Below the pieces are notes generated by a model. The model worked only from the letters and a program-made list of their open reading frames with translations, was not told where the DNA came from and did no database searches. Positions 1-13,619 of a stretch of 64,000 nucleotides of DNA are shown here, one piece after another; positions within the stretch are counted from its first letter, which is position 1; every line of letters begins with the position of its first letter. The DNA is from Ginglymostoma cirratum (lineage: Eukaryota): contig JAHRHZ010000140.1 in assembly GCA_024137785.1 (NCBI GenBank), positions 20,944,783 to 21,008,782 of the forward strand, read 5' to 3'. The position numbers and the translations under genes were made by a program.

Positions 1-95
1 AGTAAATAAACACTCAAGTAATTTTATGCACCTTAAGTAGTTTATGATTGGAAAATGCAATGAATGAATTGACCCTCATTCTATTTCTTGTGTAG

Positions 96-203
96 CTCAA
101 GTACAAAGAAGCTTACCATAGTCAAGTGAAAGGCCATTATGAAGGAGTCGGTATGGACAGCCGCACACTGCATTGTATGAAGGTTGGAAGCTTAACAAGT
201 GAT
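96..203 (+). CDS. NRAP: NRAP exon (simple repeat), 36 aa
   Basis: tag|LKYKEAYHSQVKGHYEGVGMDSRTLHCMKVGSLTSD|gtaagt. Confidence 0.93.
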
Positions 204-1499
204 GTAAGTAGAAATGAAAGTATTAAAGGTACAAACTGATTTTTAAATTCACTATTGTGATGCTTTTGTCAAGTAATGATCTTTGATTCAAGTAGGGCCA
301 ATCGAATTTGTGATCTTCTAGTTGTAACATTCTAAGCCCTACAGTATATAACTGATCAGAGCTATAAAACATTTCAAGAGATTAATTTTGTGTATCAAGA
401 GATACTCATTTTGATGTTGACTTGTGCTGCTAATTAGACGACGAACTAACTCAGAAGTGAATTATGGTCTGTAGCACTCATGGCAAGCTGGCATTTGTGT
501 AATAGTCCCTTTTTTAAATACAATCAAAATCCATTCACTGTAGCAAATGCAAGTCCAAGTATTGCATCATTGCTGCTAATTTGCTAGATGGTATGGATTA
601 ATCGTTGTTAGCAGCTATCTATGTAGTTGATCAGAATAAGCTGCATGTGTATTATGCTAGAACCTATTTCTTGCTATGTTAAAAAGGGTATTCAATCTGC
701 AGAGATCACCTTTCTAGCCACAGATGCATACATATCTTTCAATAACAGTTTTGGCCTACACTCCTTACCTCAACTTAATGGTTACCTTACCAAACAATAA
801 TGCAACTAATTGGCATGAATCTTTATCTATTTAACTGATTAGATTATGTCAGACTGAAGGTGTTACGCTTAATTTTGTAATGTATGCGTCACACTTGCGC
901 TTGGATGGTTCAAATTTAATCTTCTAGAAGGGAGACAAATCCAAACAGCTCACCAAAATTGTACCAGCTACATAAAGAAATATCCAATAATAAACAACTG
1001 GTTGGATATAAAAACCGTCCATTCTGAAAGATGCAGAAAAAAAGTATCTGTACCAAGGGAATTCAATTTTTTTTAGCCTGCGAACTGAATGCAGGCTGAA
1101 AAAGATGTAAAGGCATGAGCAATCTCCAAAAATGTTTCAATTTACTGAAAAATTACCCTTCTGAGGATTCTGTTTGTAGGTTTGTTTATGAATTTTGAGG
1201 TATCTGGGCTTGTGATTGGCTCAGAGACTATTGTCTAGACTCCTAAGTAATTAATTTCCGGCATGCTCATGTGGAGCTGAATGTTAATCTGTACACTAGC
1301 AATCCTCAGCTATAAATGTTCCACCTGCTCTGAAGCATCTCAATGAGGCTCAAGTCCAATCCTGTTACCATCTCTCACATCACATTGCCAACTTATTTAC
1401 AATATTACCACGTCATCACAGTGATTAACAATTAATGACAACAATAGAGCTGCCACAAAATACTCAAAATAAACACTATTTTTCTTTAGAAATATTTGT

Positions 1500-2960
1500 A
1501 ATGGACTGACAGATTTTGTATTTGCACTTCAGCAATATTTCTCTTCTACTTAGTGAAACAATGTATGTGAAAAGTTTTACATTTGCAGGTTTTGTCAGGG
1601 CTTCCCATGTCTATGCGAACGTGTAATTTAGAATCGATAGAGATAGTATATTGACAATTGCTCCCGTGTTAATCTGAGATGTGAATAGTCACCAATTTTA
1701 TGAAGATGGATCATTTGAATCATTGCAAACACTTCAGACAGTATGTTAATGTTATCAATCTCAATGTCAATGTAAAACATGTATTCACCACTCCCTGTCT
1801 CATCCCATACATAAGCAGATTCAGGTTTGTCGATCATGTATTGTAGCTTGAAGATACTCCTTGTTTTGTGGTCTGTTTGGATTGGTATATGGCCCTTTGG
1901 AGCTGTATTAGATTTTGCTTAAATGCATTGCCTCTGTCAATGGCTTTTTCTGCCATATACCTTGTAAAAATGATTGAAGGCTGAGCATTTTCTTTGTATG
2001 TGCAATCCACAGATCTTGCTATGTTTGGATGATCTAATCATTATGTCCACTGTTGAGTTTGTGTATAGGACTTGGGTAAGCTTAGTTGCAAGGAGCATTT
2101 CATAATTACACCAGTCCTGCAAGTATTTGATGCTAAAAATCTTCAGGTTGTCTAGCAAATAGTTTTGGAGAGCTTCAATCACTTACTCAACAATTCATTT
2201 CAATCACTGTCCATCCAAACAAAAAGCACTTTCTTTGCATCTGCTCACACAGTCTATTCAATTAATAGGCTCTGTCTAAATGTCATGAATCCCAGTTAAT
2301 TACAGAAGTTTAATGTTACTTCGAGTTGGTTTTCTAGTATGGTTCATGTCTTTTGGGGATCTTTTTAGCTTCTGGGCTAATAATCATGATGTGTTATGTC
2401 TGCATCGACCTTCATTCCCAATTGCCAAGCAAATCTTCATGGCTTGTTTTACTGCAGTGGACACATGGAAATCTCAAATGCATAGTTGTAAACACTGTTC
2501 AAGCAATTAAATTCTGTTAGGAGGTCTGATATGTCCCAACTTGAACTAGGGATTTTGTGACATTCTAACAATGTGCCTTCGATCTTCCCTTGCTATCACA
2601 CTGTAATCACTTACTTTCCTCAAGACTATGATTGTTCCGTCTTTCTGCTGTTTGTGTTACTTCATAAGAGTTGATTATTTCGATTATATCTTGACCGAAC
2701 TTCTTGGCAATACCTCCGAATCAGGGTGCACTCCATATCTTCTGTTCTGTGCTTTCCTGATTAATTGAAATCTCTTCTCAGAATCTTTTGTTATGACGAT
2801 TGAAAATGCTTTCACTTCTGAGTTAGATTACTGCTTGATCAACTATAGCTCTCGATAATGTGTCTGTGTTGATCTGCGTTTTACCTGTGATGTATGTAGT
2901 TGTGTAATGATAACATATTCCTCTGATTCTGAAATGTTGTATACATAAAGGCACCAACTT
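1500..2960 (-). mobile_element. Decayed gag-like retroelement relic (copy 1)
   Basis: The minus-frame peptide KICGLHIQRKCSAFNHFYKVYGRKSH resembles the Cys/His knuckle region of Ty3/Gypsy gag. A ~60 bp block at ~2516-2577 is shared with 17259-17322. Ends approximate. Confidence 0.5.
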
Positions 2961-3104
2961 TCAGTATGTCTCTAATTGGGAGTCTTCTGAATTCTCTGTG
3001 TATTTTTTGTAATGACACAAGTATGTTGTTAGAATGGTCTTACCACCACTGCCACTATTGTTTATCATTTGGTTCCAGTTTGAATAATCTTTGGATTTTT
3101 AAAA

Positions 3105-3650
3105 ATTCAATTCACGGGATGTGGGTGTTTCTGGCAGGGCTAATATTTATTGCCTGTCCCTGGTTGCCTTTGAGAAGATGGCGTGCTGTCTTCTTGACTG
3201 ACAAAGTCCATTGGGTGTAGGTTGACCCACTGTGTGTTGGGGAGAGTGTTCTGGAATTTTAACCCAGTGATAGTGAAGGGATGGTGATATATTTTCAAGT
3301 CAGGATGGTGATTTTGGAGGGGAACTTGCAGGTGGTACTGCTCCCATGAATTGGTTGATATTGTCCTTCTAGATGATGGTGATTGTAAGTTTGGAAAATG
3401 CTGTTTTAGGAGCCTTGGTGAATTTCTACAGTGCATTTGTAAGTGTTACACATTGCATGTCAGTGGTAGAGGCAGTGAATGTTTGTGGATGTGGTGCCAA
3501 TCAAGCAGGCTGCTTTGCCCTAGATGGTGCCAAATTTCTTGAGTATTGGAGCTGCACTTATCCAGCTGAGTATTCCATCACAGTCTTGACTTATGGTGGG
3601 TAGGCTTTTGGGAGTCAGGAGGTGAGTAACTCACTGCAGGACTCCTGTTG
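3105..3650 (-). mobile_element. CR1/L2-superfamily LINE 3' fragment
   Basis: Minus-frame MHCRNSPRLLKQHFPN...WEQYHLQVPLQ; homologous to 13620-14490; frameshifted. Confidence 0.8.
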
Positions 3651-3989
3651 TTTAGCTTGTGGCCTATGCTATTGGGAAGATTTCCTGTCATCTATGAATG
3701 ACAAAGGTCTGGTTCCAAAGGTTTCTTCAAAACTTCCTATTTGCATTATTTTACATTCTCGTGCTCTCTCTCTCCCGCACTCTCTCTCAGAGGTTGCTCC
3801 TTCTCTCTCCTCAGATTCTTACTCATGTCTGTTCCTTCATCACCATCTCATTACTTTACAAGGATGACATCCTGGAACGGTATATTAGCATTTACAAAGC
3901 TTGACTCTGGCTGCTGTGTTAGAACTAGCATTGGTGCAATAGATTCCTTCAATGTCATCACAGGCCCAGGAGAATGATAAGGCTGCAAA

Positions 3990-4480
3990 CTCTCCCCATT
4001 CCTTTTCTTCTTGGCGATCAAATTCAGAACAAGGAAGGTGATGGTGGGTTCAGACTTGACTTTGGCATCCTGCAGCAGCAGTATCACTGGCTGGCAGTCC
4101 TGGATTTTGTAGATGCCATCATTTGCTGGCCAAAGAATTTTGCATCCTCCAAAATGTGATGGCCAGTCTTGAGTAGCAGTGACAAGGTTAGTCTGGGGTC
4201 AGCTATGAGAAGACCAAGACAATGATGATAGGATGGCAACAAAGCCTCCCGTCCCTATTATGCAATTGAACATCTGGCACTTTCTTTATCTAGGAAGCAT
4301 CAGCTGTAAGGAGAGTGCTGTAGAAATTGATATCTATCTAAGAATTAGCAAAGCAGCATCAATCATCCAGTGGTTTTATATGTTCTGGCATTGAACACTG
4401 CCAACATAGCTATGAAGCTGTGACTCTATATATCTAGTGTAACACCAATCACAATCTATGCCATTAAGACACTAATGAGC
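3990..4480 (+). mobile_element. RTE-clade LINE reverse transcriptase relic
   Basis: Decayed LAVLDFVDAI (cf. LDFADDI) and EIDIYLRISKAAS (cf. DIxxRIGKA) motifs. Confidence 0.55.
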
Positions 4481-4714
4481 TAAATAGTTGTTTTCTGTGA
4501 CGTAAATACTCCCTAATAGTTCAATTTGCCTGTTGTCAATTCATCTCAAACTGACTTTAGCAAGGTACAACAACTTGAGACCTTAAAGGGATGCATCAAG
4601 TTACACACAGAAAAATAAAACATTGTACCTTCCCTGGTATATTGCTTCTATCCTTATCAAGTAGCTTGTCCTCTGACTTAACATGGGCAGTAAGACTGAA
4701 TGTCCAATAATGGA

Positions 4715-4997
4715 TATATTCAAAGCCATTTTACATGCGAACCTCCCACTGTGTAAAAAAAATTTGCCCCCCATGTCTTTTTAAAACCTCTCCTCTCACC
4801 TTGAAAATGTGTCTCCTAGTCTTGAAATCCCCAATTCTAAGGAGAAGACAACTACCATTAATTCTATCTATACCTCTCATTATTTTATAAACTTCTATCA
4901 GGATGCCAGTCAACCTCCTACGCTCCAGTGGAAAAAAGTCCCAGCCTATCCAACCTTTCTTTATAACTCAAACCTTCCATACCTGGCAACATATCTC
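4715..4997 (-). mobile_element. CR1 (HER1-like) LINE fragment
   Basis: LIEVYKIMRGIDR...KTRRHIFKVRGE, typical of the CR1 ORF2 C-terminus. Confidence 0.85.
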
Positions 4998-7900
4998 AAG
5001 ATTTATGTGAATTGTACAATTTCCAATTCAGTTTCACAGTAAAAGAAAATTTTAAAATACTGTCAGCAATGACCATGACCAGCATTTCTTTGTTTAGTGT
5101 GAACAGCTTCTCAAACCCCCAGCCATGATGTTCGCCACTCTTCGCTACCTCCCCAAACACGCCATCTCCAACAGACTCCACCTCCCTCCACTATCATCAG
5201 AGAATGTGTGTTGCCCTCAATTAACTCCCCACCCCCATCACAGATGTTGTTGACCCCCTCCCTCAACACCCACAACAGTGATAAGCGACTCCCTCAGCCT
5301 TGACAACATTGAACCTCCCTCCCTTACTCCTTACTGCCTCACCCTACAAAAACACCCCCACCCACCTCTCCTTCTTCCCCACTCAATGGCAGCTCTTCTG
5401 GCACTAGCTGGACAGGAGCCATAGATTTTCGAAGGTGAGTGGGGGAGGCGATCTGAGAATGCTGGCGAATGGGGTGACCCCTGTCCATGGTTTGTGTTAG
5501 GGAGGCAAGTGTGCTGGTGTTAAAGGGTGATCATTGTTCATTGGGTAGGGTTGGGGAGGAGTGAGCACAGTCTGTGGTTTGGAAGTGAGGAGAATGATTA
5601 GCACTGTCAGTGGTTATGGGCTGCAGGGCTTCTGTGGCTCAGGGCTGAGGGAGGTGGAAGATGAACATTGTCTAAGGTTTGGACAAGGGGTGGAAGCTAT
5701 CTGTGGTTTGGTGGGGAAGGGCTGATAACTGCTATCTGGGTATTCAGAGGGGAGTTTGTGAACATTATAGAGTGTGGAAGGTGGACATAAAAGTCACAGG
5801 GATTGTACATTGCTGGAGTGCTTTGATAAGTACTGATTTACTTAGAGTTAAATTGCTTAGCAGGCTTTAAACCTGCTTTTAAAAGCCCTAAATAAATCGG
5901 TCTAAAAACCAGGTTATGTATTTGGCAAATGGCCCAAATCTTCATGGTTTCGGTTAATCATGGAATAATCAAGGCAGAATTACACCAGCAATCAGAACTT
6001 CAGACTTCCTGCATAACTACTTGTGTAAGCTTGTGTGGGTCCCATAGTCTATCCATGATGTAAATCAAGTCAGACGCCTCTCCCAAATTTGGAACATTTG
6101 GGCCAATAATTTATTCCCCTCATTTTAAACCCTTGCCTTTGGCACATGTAATTTAAAGTACTTTTCATGCAGTTCAAATAAATGCAACATTTTAATACAA
6201 TTTCTCAACTTTGTAATCTACTTTAAACTTGTAATCCACTGTCGAAGCATGAATCAATTTGGTTTTTTTATTTTAAATTATTACATATATATACTTTTTG
6301 TGATTTTTAATTGTTTTTCCATTTTTGTAAATCACAAGTCATGTCAGAGAATGTCGCCTTCATTTTGATTTTCACCTTTATTTCTCTTGACCAAAAAAAA
6401 ATCTATCAAAAGAAGGGTTCTACTCAATTGTATTCGAATAGAAATGGTCCACAAAATGTAGTTGCCATTAGATGTTACAGTGCAGTCCAGTATATGCTGC
6501 TCAAAGGCTTGTGTTTGTGGCTAATGGTGGACAAACTGTTTAAACTGTGCATTACATTTCCACTTGCTTGCAGACTTTCCCTTGACTTTTGCACTGGATG
6601 GTGCAAATATTTAAATATCTATTTCTAGAGGGGATTTGTGATCTGTGAGAGCAAATTATATCTCTTTATCCAGTCGTATTCAAATCTGTATGAGGCGCCC
6701 GGAAGTGCAAGTTGGAACATTTAATTCAATGCTCAATAATGTAAAGGAAACAAAATAAAGGGCGAAAGAAAGACAGGGTTATGTGAGAAATGAAATAAAA
6801 TATTAAAGAAAGAAACCTTTCTTCATTTTTTTAAAATGTCCAACACTAATTTTTGAAGGAAAGCAACTCTACACTTGTAAGGTTGATTTTGTTGTGAGCA
6901 AGGACATTTGGCAGTAATTAAGATTTATCATGCTGTTTAAAATGAGCTTACGCTAGAATAGAGGTGCTGTAAACTTTTTTCTGACAGGTTGCTATCTAAA
7001 TATTAAGCACCTCAGATTGCATGTAGTTCCATGCATGTGAATGCCCAGTTTCTCATTGAGAATGTAATAGCAGAGCTCTTGGAGGACCAGGGCACTTCAT
7101 ACACTAAATCCCTGATTTCTGTTTCTGGCCAGCTTGTGCATATATGGTTGCCAGCAGTTACTGTTTAATTTCTTCTTTAATAATGGCGAGAACCGATAAC
7201 TGAAGTAAGTGTAACATAATCACATAATAGGTGCATCATTTCAGGAAAAAATTTTTAATCTTACCTGTTCCTTTTCCACATTGCTTTTGTCATTCCTCCT
7301 CTGTACATGTCGACCTGTCGACTTAGTCCAGATCGCGAGCATCACAGCCCTTCATATGTACTTCATGACCCATTCTGCTCAAGCAATGACCTGGCTCAAG
7401 CAACTACTTCAACATTATATATTCTAAGTCTTGATTAAAAATAAAAATGCACAGTCACAATATACTGTGAGAGTGTGAATGCGACAAAACCAAACCATTG
7501 CATTACAACTCCCAAAAATTATCATGTTATCCTATAATTCTCAAGTTCCCCTCTTTTTCTCCTGTATTAGCTCCAACTCCCAACTTTACCACTCCCTCCC
7601 AATCTCAGTTATACCCTCTCATGTTCAAGCCTGCAATCCTCAAGTACTTTTTCAGTTTGATAAGTTCATTACACTTAGGACTGAGAGCCCACACTCTAAT
7701 TATTATTGTTTGTATATTTTTATTTCAAACAATTGTTTAATTGTTCAGGGTCAGGCAGGTTGATTAGCAGTCATTAATGGTTAAAAGGATACTTCCTCAT
7801 TAATGATCAGAATTAATTTTCCATGAAGAATTTAATGGGTAATTAATAGCAAATACAGTACTTTCATGAAGTTAACAGGGAGATAATGTACAAAATTGTT

Positions 7901-8734
7901 GTTTTCATAAAGTCTAGCACGGTGGAAATTGTTCAGCAATCTGGGGCAATTTGCAATTCGTGGATGTTTCTTCTTGCCATAAATTACTACTAATCTGTGT
8001 AACTAGTAATGGTGGCTGACATTCTTTTCTGCAAATTTTAAGTTTATAATTTTAATTTTAAGTGCAGCAAGTGCACAATACTGGCAAGAATGTGACAGTT
8101 TTAGAGATACACACCAAAGCACAAATTTCCCAGTCCCACAGATCTGAGATGGATTCAGATTGGATCCCAGTTTAGTACAATTCCCAATGGAATTATCGGG
8201 TGGTGTTTAATGGAGGTGGTCCTGGAAAGCTGGTGAGTGCCTCAGTGTCACCACCCTCAGGAAAGGCCTACTGTAACTGGACAGTGGCAGGCCTTCCTTG
8301 GATCAAGGACCCTGGAGGTCAGAGGTCCCACCTCCCACGAGCTGCCAGCCAATCAGTGAACATTTGAACAGCAGCACCACTCAAGGCAGCAGTAGTTTCC
8401 GCTTGTACAACCTCTGCCTGCGGCCCAGTATCATTGTTGGATGCAGTTGAATGATCGTGAGAGGAGGGTGTTTCGAGGAGTAAGGAGGAGAGGAGGTGAT
8501 CGGCCGCAAGGGAGGCAGGGGTGGCTGTCAGGGGTCTCCACCTTCCTGATTCCGGGTCCCTCAATGGTGTACTAAGCCTCTTTGAACGTAGAAATCTTGG
8601 CCATTCTGGGAGTCCACGAGCAACTCCACTTGGAGAGCCTGCCATGTTGTGCACATGGTGAGTCCCACATGCATGGCTGCGTTCATAATCAGTGGTGGCA
8701 TATTGAGGCCCTTTTATGGGTGTTAATTGCCGAC

Positions 8735-9285
8735 TTTTTTTTCTTTTTCTTTTATTGACACGTGGACTGAAATATAGTGAAAAGCTTTGTTTATAAGTAA
8801 TACAGGCAGATCACAGCAAGAAAAAGATGGACAGATCAAAAAGACTTAGAGGCATACAGATTACATTGCAGGTTACATTATTTGAGGCTACAGCCCCTTC
8901 AACACTCTGATAACGGCCGGAAAAATGCAGTTCCTGAACCCGCTTGTGTGTGTGTTCAGGCTTCTGTATATTCTGCCTGTCGGAAGAGGTTGTAGGAGGT
9001 TATTACCAGGGTGTGATGGGTCTTTGATGATGTTGTCCACCTTTCCACGGCAGCGAGCCGTGAAAATAGGTTGCCTTCCATGATGGTCTGGGCTCTGCAC
9101 ACCACCTTCTGTAGTTTCTTATGGTCCTGCGCAGAGCAGTTGCCATACCAGGCTGTAATGCACCCAGACAGTATGCTTTCAATGGTGCATTCGTAGAAGT
9201 TGGTGAGGGACCTTGTGGAGATGCCAAATTTCCTGAGCCGCCCGAGGAAGAAGAGGCGTTGTTGTGTTTTCTTGACCGTATTGGC
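8735..9285 (-). mobile_element. Rex1/Babar-clade LINE 3' fragment
   Basis: IIKDPSHPGNNLLQPLPTGRIYRSL...RNCIFPAV and upstream GCITAWYGNC motif; interrupts a GC-richer repeat that resumes at ~9290. Confidence 0.8.
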
Positions 9286-10367
9286 GGAAGGTTGTTCACT
9301 AGCCTTCCTGCCATGGTGTTAATTGGATGGATGCACGTCAGTGCAGTGTCCCAACATGCCACCCTCCTGCCTGATTAAATGCCAGCTGCCATGGCGAAGG
9401 CATTAAAATCCCCTCATTCAATTAAATATAATGGTTTCCACCAGTCGCAAGTTTGGATGAGTTTTTAAAGCATAGTGGGAAAATCAAAGAAATCAAAAAA
9501 ATCACCCATAGGCAATTTCCTGCATTTTGTTGTGGCTGATTAGGGACGGGGTGTGTGTCTCTCCTCGGCTAGGAGAATTACTAAGGAGAGAGTACAAAGA
9601 CACAAAACAGGGAAGTGTTACTTCAGAAATTTGCTTTAAGTCATAAAAAGCTTTATGCTAATCTTGGGTATAATTTATTAGAAAGGGAATGAAGTGGTTT
9701 AAGTTTTGCTAGAATGGACATGTTGAGGTGTATCTATTTAGTTAGACATATGCACGGTTAAGGTTTCACAATTTGCTTACAAAGTTGTTGGAAGTGTGAG
9801 CTGATAATGGTACAGAGAGGACAAAAGGTCATCTAGGACAGTGCAAGCAGTGCATTTCCTTACCCACTGAGATGGAAACATTTGAGAAGTATTTTGTTTT
9901 TTAATCAACATGTTTGGATGTGTAATGATACTTGGTTGTGGCCGTCAGATCCTGCGGTAGGGCTTGAACTCAAATCTACCGGCCCTGATGTAGAGACATG
10001 ACCAGTGCACCACAGGACCCTGTTTTGTTGGGATTATGTCCTGTTGAATTGATAACATTTGATGTTCAGGTGACTTGAGTGGCATTACACAGCTGTGGCA
10101 TAGCCTGGGCCTTAGTGACATGCAATTTGAGAATAAACAGTGGTTCACTTGACTGAAACCAGTAAAGGTACAAACAGCCTAGTGTTTCACTGAGTGTATA
10201 TTCATATGCATGGACAGTCAAGCTCATTCCCCAGATAGACAGCTGGGTCAGAAGGTCAATACACTTTATAGTTTTGAAATGTTGTTCCAGTAATTTTACC
10301 TGTTGACTCTGTAAGAATTTAACTTTACCTTCAAAACACTGACTTTGTAATATTTCCTTTATTTTAG

Positions 10368-10472
10368 AGGAAGTATAAAGCAGATTTGGAGGGGGACGAA
10401 ATGCTTTGCTTTTATGCAGCTGACCAGGCACCTACGTATGAGACACTGAAGAAACTTGTCCCACTGAAAGAC
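10368..10472 (+). CDS. NRAP: NRAP exon (simple repeat), 35 aa
   Basis: tag|RKYKADLEGDEMLCFYAADQAPTYETLKKLVPLKD|gtaaga. Confidence 0.9.
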
Positions 10473-10882
10473 GTAAGACATTCGAATAATTCTTCCTCTG
10501 GATCCTACTTTTCATTAGACACTGTTTCTGTTAGGGCCTAGTTCAAACTGCCACCTTCTACCTCCCCAAGATGGCTGCTCCCCATGAGGTGAAATTAGAC
10601 AGCTATTTTCTTCAGACCACATCAACCAGAAAAACCATTGCTACTTGACAAACTCAGGAATTAACCTGGGACTTTCTAGTCTGTATGGTACAGTGCTGCA
10701 CCCTGAATTGCAACAATGTATAAACTGTTGGGTATGATTTTTAATAGGATTGTAATTATTTAAATAATTACAAACATACTTAATATTTAAATGAGTATAA
10801 AGCTGTTTAAACAGATCCCAGAGTAAATGAAGAGGCAAAACGCATTTAAGAAAAATCTTTTATCCGCCTGTTCAGTGCAGTA

Positions 10883-11117
10883 CAGGTAGTCCTGCCATAA
10901 CACGTTTCATTAACACGAATTGGCTGTAACACGATTGATGAATACTGGACACTGTTTAGATAATGCAAACTTTCTGTTGTACAGGTACAGGGAAATCGCT
11001 ATAGAAAATTGCTATAACGCACTATAGAAAATCACTGTAACACAATTTTCTATGGTGATTTTCTATAGCGCGAGGTCACATAAGAATGTGACTATCGTGT
11101 TGTAGGAAAACTATCTG
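10883..11117. mobile_element. Tc1/mariner (Tigger/MER6-like) MITE
   Basis: TA target duplication on both sides; imperfect TIRs caggtagtcctgccataacacg / cgtgttgtaggaaaactatctg (16/22); internal ctatagaaaa inverted repeats. Confidence 0.75.
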
Positions 11118-11255
11118 TATGGGAGTGCCTTGCCTTTCTGATGAGATGTTAAACTGTGCCCTTTATGTCTAGTCAAATGATGTAATCGATCCCATGCCAT
11201 TTTTCAAAGATTAAGGGACTTCTTCTTCAGTCCCCTGGCCAACATCTAAACAGAT

Positions 11256-11401
11256 GACAGAAATTGTTGGAGAAACTCAGCACATCTGGCAGCATCTGTG
11301 GAGAGAAAGCAAACTTAATGTTTTGAGTCCAGTGATGCTTCTTCAGAGCTCCAGTTCTGTTTTTGTTTCAGATCTTCAGAATTAGCAGTTTTTGTTTGTT
11401 T
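11256..11401 (-). mobile_element. Penelope-like short insertion, decayed hammerhead core, inverted tail
   Basis: 11-bp TSD tctaaacagat (11245-11255 / 11402-11412); shares the gcagcatctgtggag core with the other copies. Confidence 0.75.
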
Positions 11402-12139
11402 TCTAAACAGATTATCTGGTCAGGTAATGTTTGAGGGAGCTTGCTGTGTACCAATTGGCTGTGTTACGACAATGATGACTCTTCAGAAATTTTGTTTTGG
11501 CTGTTCAGTATTTTGGGACATCCAGTAGATGTGAAAGCTATGGCATAGGTGCAATCTTTTTCTTTTTATGGGGGTCTGTGACAAAGATACTATTGTTGAA
11601 ACTTTTTTTTAGAGAAATAAACTTGCTGACTAATTTGAGTTTTTCCCCTTTAACCAATAGGATACTTTGGATTAGCATGCCTTGTATTTGTGATGAATAT
11701 GAATCTACAAATGTAACAAAGCCACAGGAATGAGAGTTGGAGGGGATCTGTGTGAGTGTGGTTAACATAGCGAGTGGTATGCAGTTGAGATGTGATCTAT
11801 TTTTAGCTGCTGACAATATTTTTTAAACAGAATGGGTGATCTATTACAAAGTCACTTCGTTAATTTACCTTTAGAACAGCCTGTGGTTTAGCCAATGTTC
11901 TGTGGTGTTTATGTTGGGGAATGGGGGAAAACAGGCACCCCATTTAGTCAAATAAAATGTTGACATTTAAAATCAGTAATAATTAATGTGTGCTTCCTTC
12001 ACTCTTAACTAATGTGAGACTGCGAATGCGCATGGTTAACAGTTTCTGAAAATTTCAGTGGATCTTGGGACTTCTCTTTGATTCGGTATCAAAAGTTTTC
12101 TTTGCATATGGCCAGGCAAGTTGTTAAAGCTGTAAAAAT

Positions 12140-12775
12140 CTAAGATGTTATGTTTCACAAACAAGAGCATAACACACAGAATCAGAGGTATTGTTAAAAT
12201 TAATGCAAAGTATTTGCTAGATGACAGATGTAAAGTTTTTAGAACTTAAAATAGGCCACTACCACCTCCTATACCCCTGTCCCCACAAATCCACCTAGTC
12301 TTACAAAGGATGTTAAGACCATGGAACTGCTGAAGGGCAGTCTCACTCATATGATAGCAGCCAAGATTGGTTTTAGTTGGGAGGAGACATGAAGAAACAT
12401 TTTCTTTCATTGGAACAGCAAGTTTAAGAGGAAATCATAACAATGGCAAGAATTGAGCTGTTCAGACAGAGTGGATTCAGTAAAATTTCTCCCACTGGAA
12501 AGTCCATCCATAATTGAAGAATAAATTTTAAAAATCATCTCCAAAAGACTGAGGAGATTAGGAGGTTTTTTTTCTCTTCCGGAGCGTCGTTAGGATGTAA
12601 AAGCCTATCAGCAACAGTGGTGGAAACTAAATAGACATCAAAAGAGAAAAGGATAAATATCTGACAAAGGTAACTGTAAAGAACGGTGAATTGCGCTAAA
12701 TAGGCAACTGAGTCACATGGCTGCCGTAGGTGTGATGAGCCAAATGGCCTGTGATATGATGCCATCGTTCTGTCA
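12140..12775 (+). mobile_element. Old CR1 LINE 3' fragment
   Basis: Degenerate CR1 3' end (gatgagccaaatggcctg) and ORF2-like remnants. Confidence 0.5.
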
Positions 12776-12897
12776 TGACTTGGAGATTGTTTGGTTATGG
12801 AGTACTTCCATTAATTTTTTTTGATATTTATGTCTGGCGTCCATTGTCACAGTTTGAAATGACTCATTTTTATATATTATTTTACCTGTCCTTTTAG

Positions 12898-12996
12898 ATG
12901 TACTACAGACAACAAGTGGATAAGTTGAAGTATGCATCAGTAACAGACACGCCTGAGATAGTACAAGCAAGAATTAATGCACAGCAGCTAAGCAAT
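12898..12996 (+). CDS. NRAP: NRAP exon, super-repeat 1, 33 aa
   Basis: tag|MYYRQQVDKLKYASVTDTPEIVQARINAQQLSN|gtaagt. Confidence 0.94.
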
Positions 12997-13232
12997 GTAA
13001 GTCTCGAAAGTACCAAAATTAATATCAGGAAATGGGAAAGCATGCATTACCTAGGGTGGTACTGCCAAAAATGTGAATGAGTGATTGTTTTAAAATCGTT
13101 CCTTTTTTTTAATCTGAAACTAACTAAACTAAAGATATTTTAAAAGAGATATTGCAAAGGCACTCTTTAAGCACAGATTGATTTTCATTTCTGGCAAAGA
13201 TTTTTGGCAGGTAAAATGCACAAAGAGAAAGG

Positions 13233-13549
13233 TTAGAATTAGAATCCCTACAGTGTGGAAACAGGCCCTTCGGCCCAACAAGTCCACACCAACCCTCACA
13301 GCATCCCACCCAGACCTATCCCCCTAATCTACAAATCCCTGAACACTATGGACAATTTAGCATGTCCAATCCACCTAGCCTGCGTATCTTTGGACTGTGT
13401 GAGGAAACCGGAGCACCCGGAAGAAACCCACGCAGACACGGGGAGAATGTGCAAACTCCGCACAGACAGTCACCTGGGGCTGGAATCGAACCCAGGACCC
13501 TGGCGCTGTGAGGCTGCAGTGCTAACCGCTGAGCCACCATTACCGCCAC
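13233..13549 (-). mobile_element. HE1-like V-SINE (tRNA-derived)
   Basis: A box tggctcagcgg, B box ggttcgattcc, V-domain gtttgcacattctccccgtgtctgcgtgggtttc, CR1-like tail. Confidence 0.9.
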
Positions 13550-13619
13550 TATTTCTCAATTCAGTGGATATATTTAGTCTATTGTATTCTGTATGCGGTT
13601 TAGTTAACACAGTTTTAGT

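Larger units (their letters stand above)
10870..11560 (+). mobile_element. Deu-domain SINE (SacSINE1-like), interrupted twice
   Basis: gatgagatgttaaac...gatcccatg...cctggccaa...aaacagattatctggtca; aligns with the copy at 20330-20760. Confidence 0.7.

Noticed and set aside
204-10367. Extra NRAP exon or nested gene in the 10-kb intron
   Set aside because: I found no AG-xxY...SD-GT module; the ORFs are short and explained by TE relics. A diverged cassette exon cannot be fully excluded.
13480-13549. tRNA gene
   Set aside because: The A and B boxes belong to a SINE head continuous with the V-domain; the same applies at 27090, 51700 and 62511.
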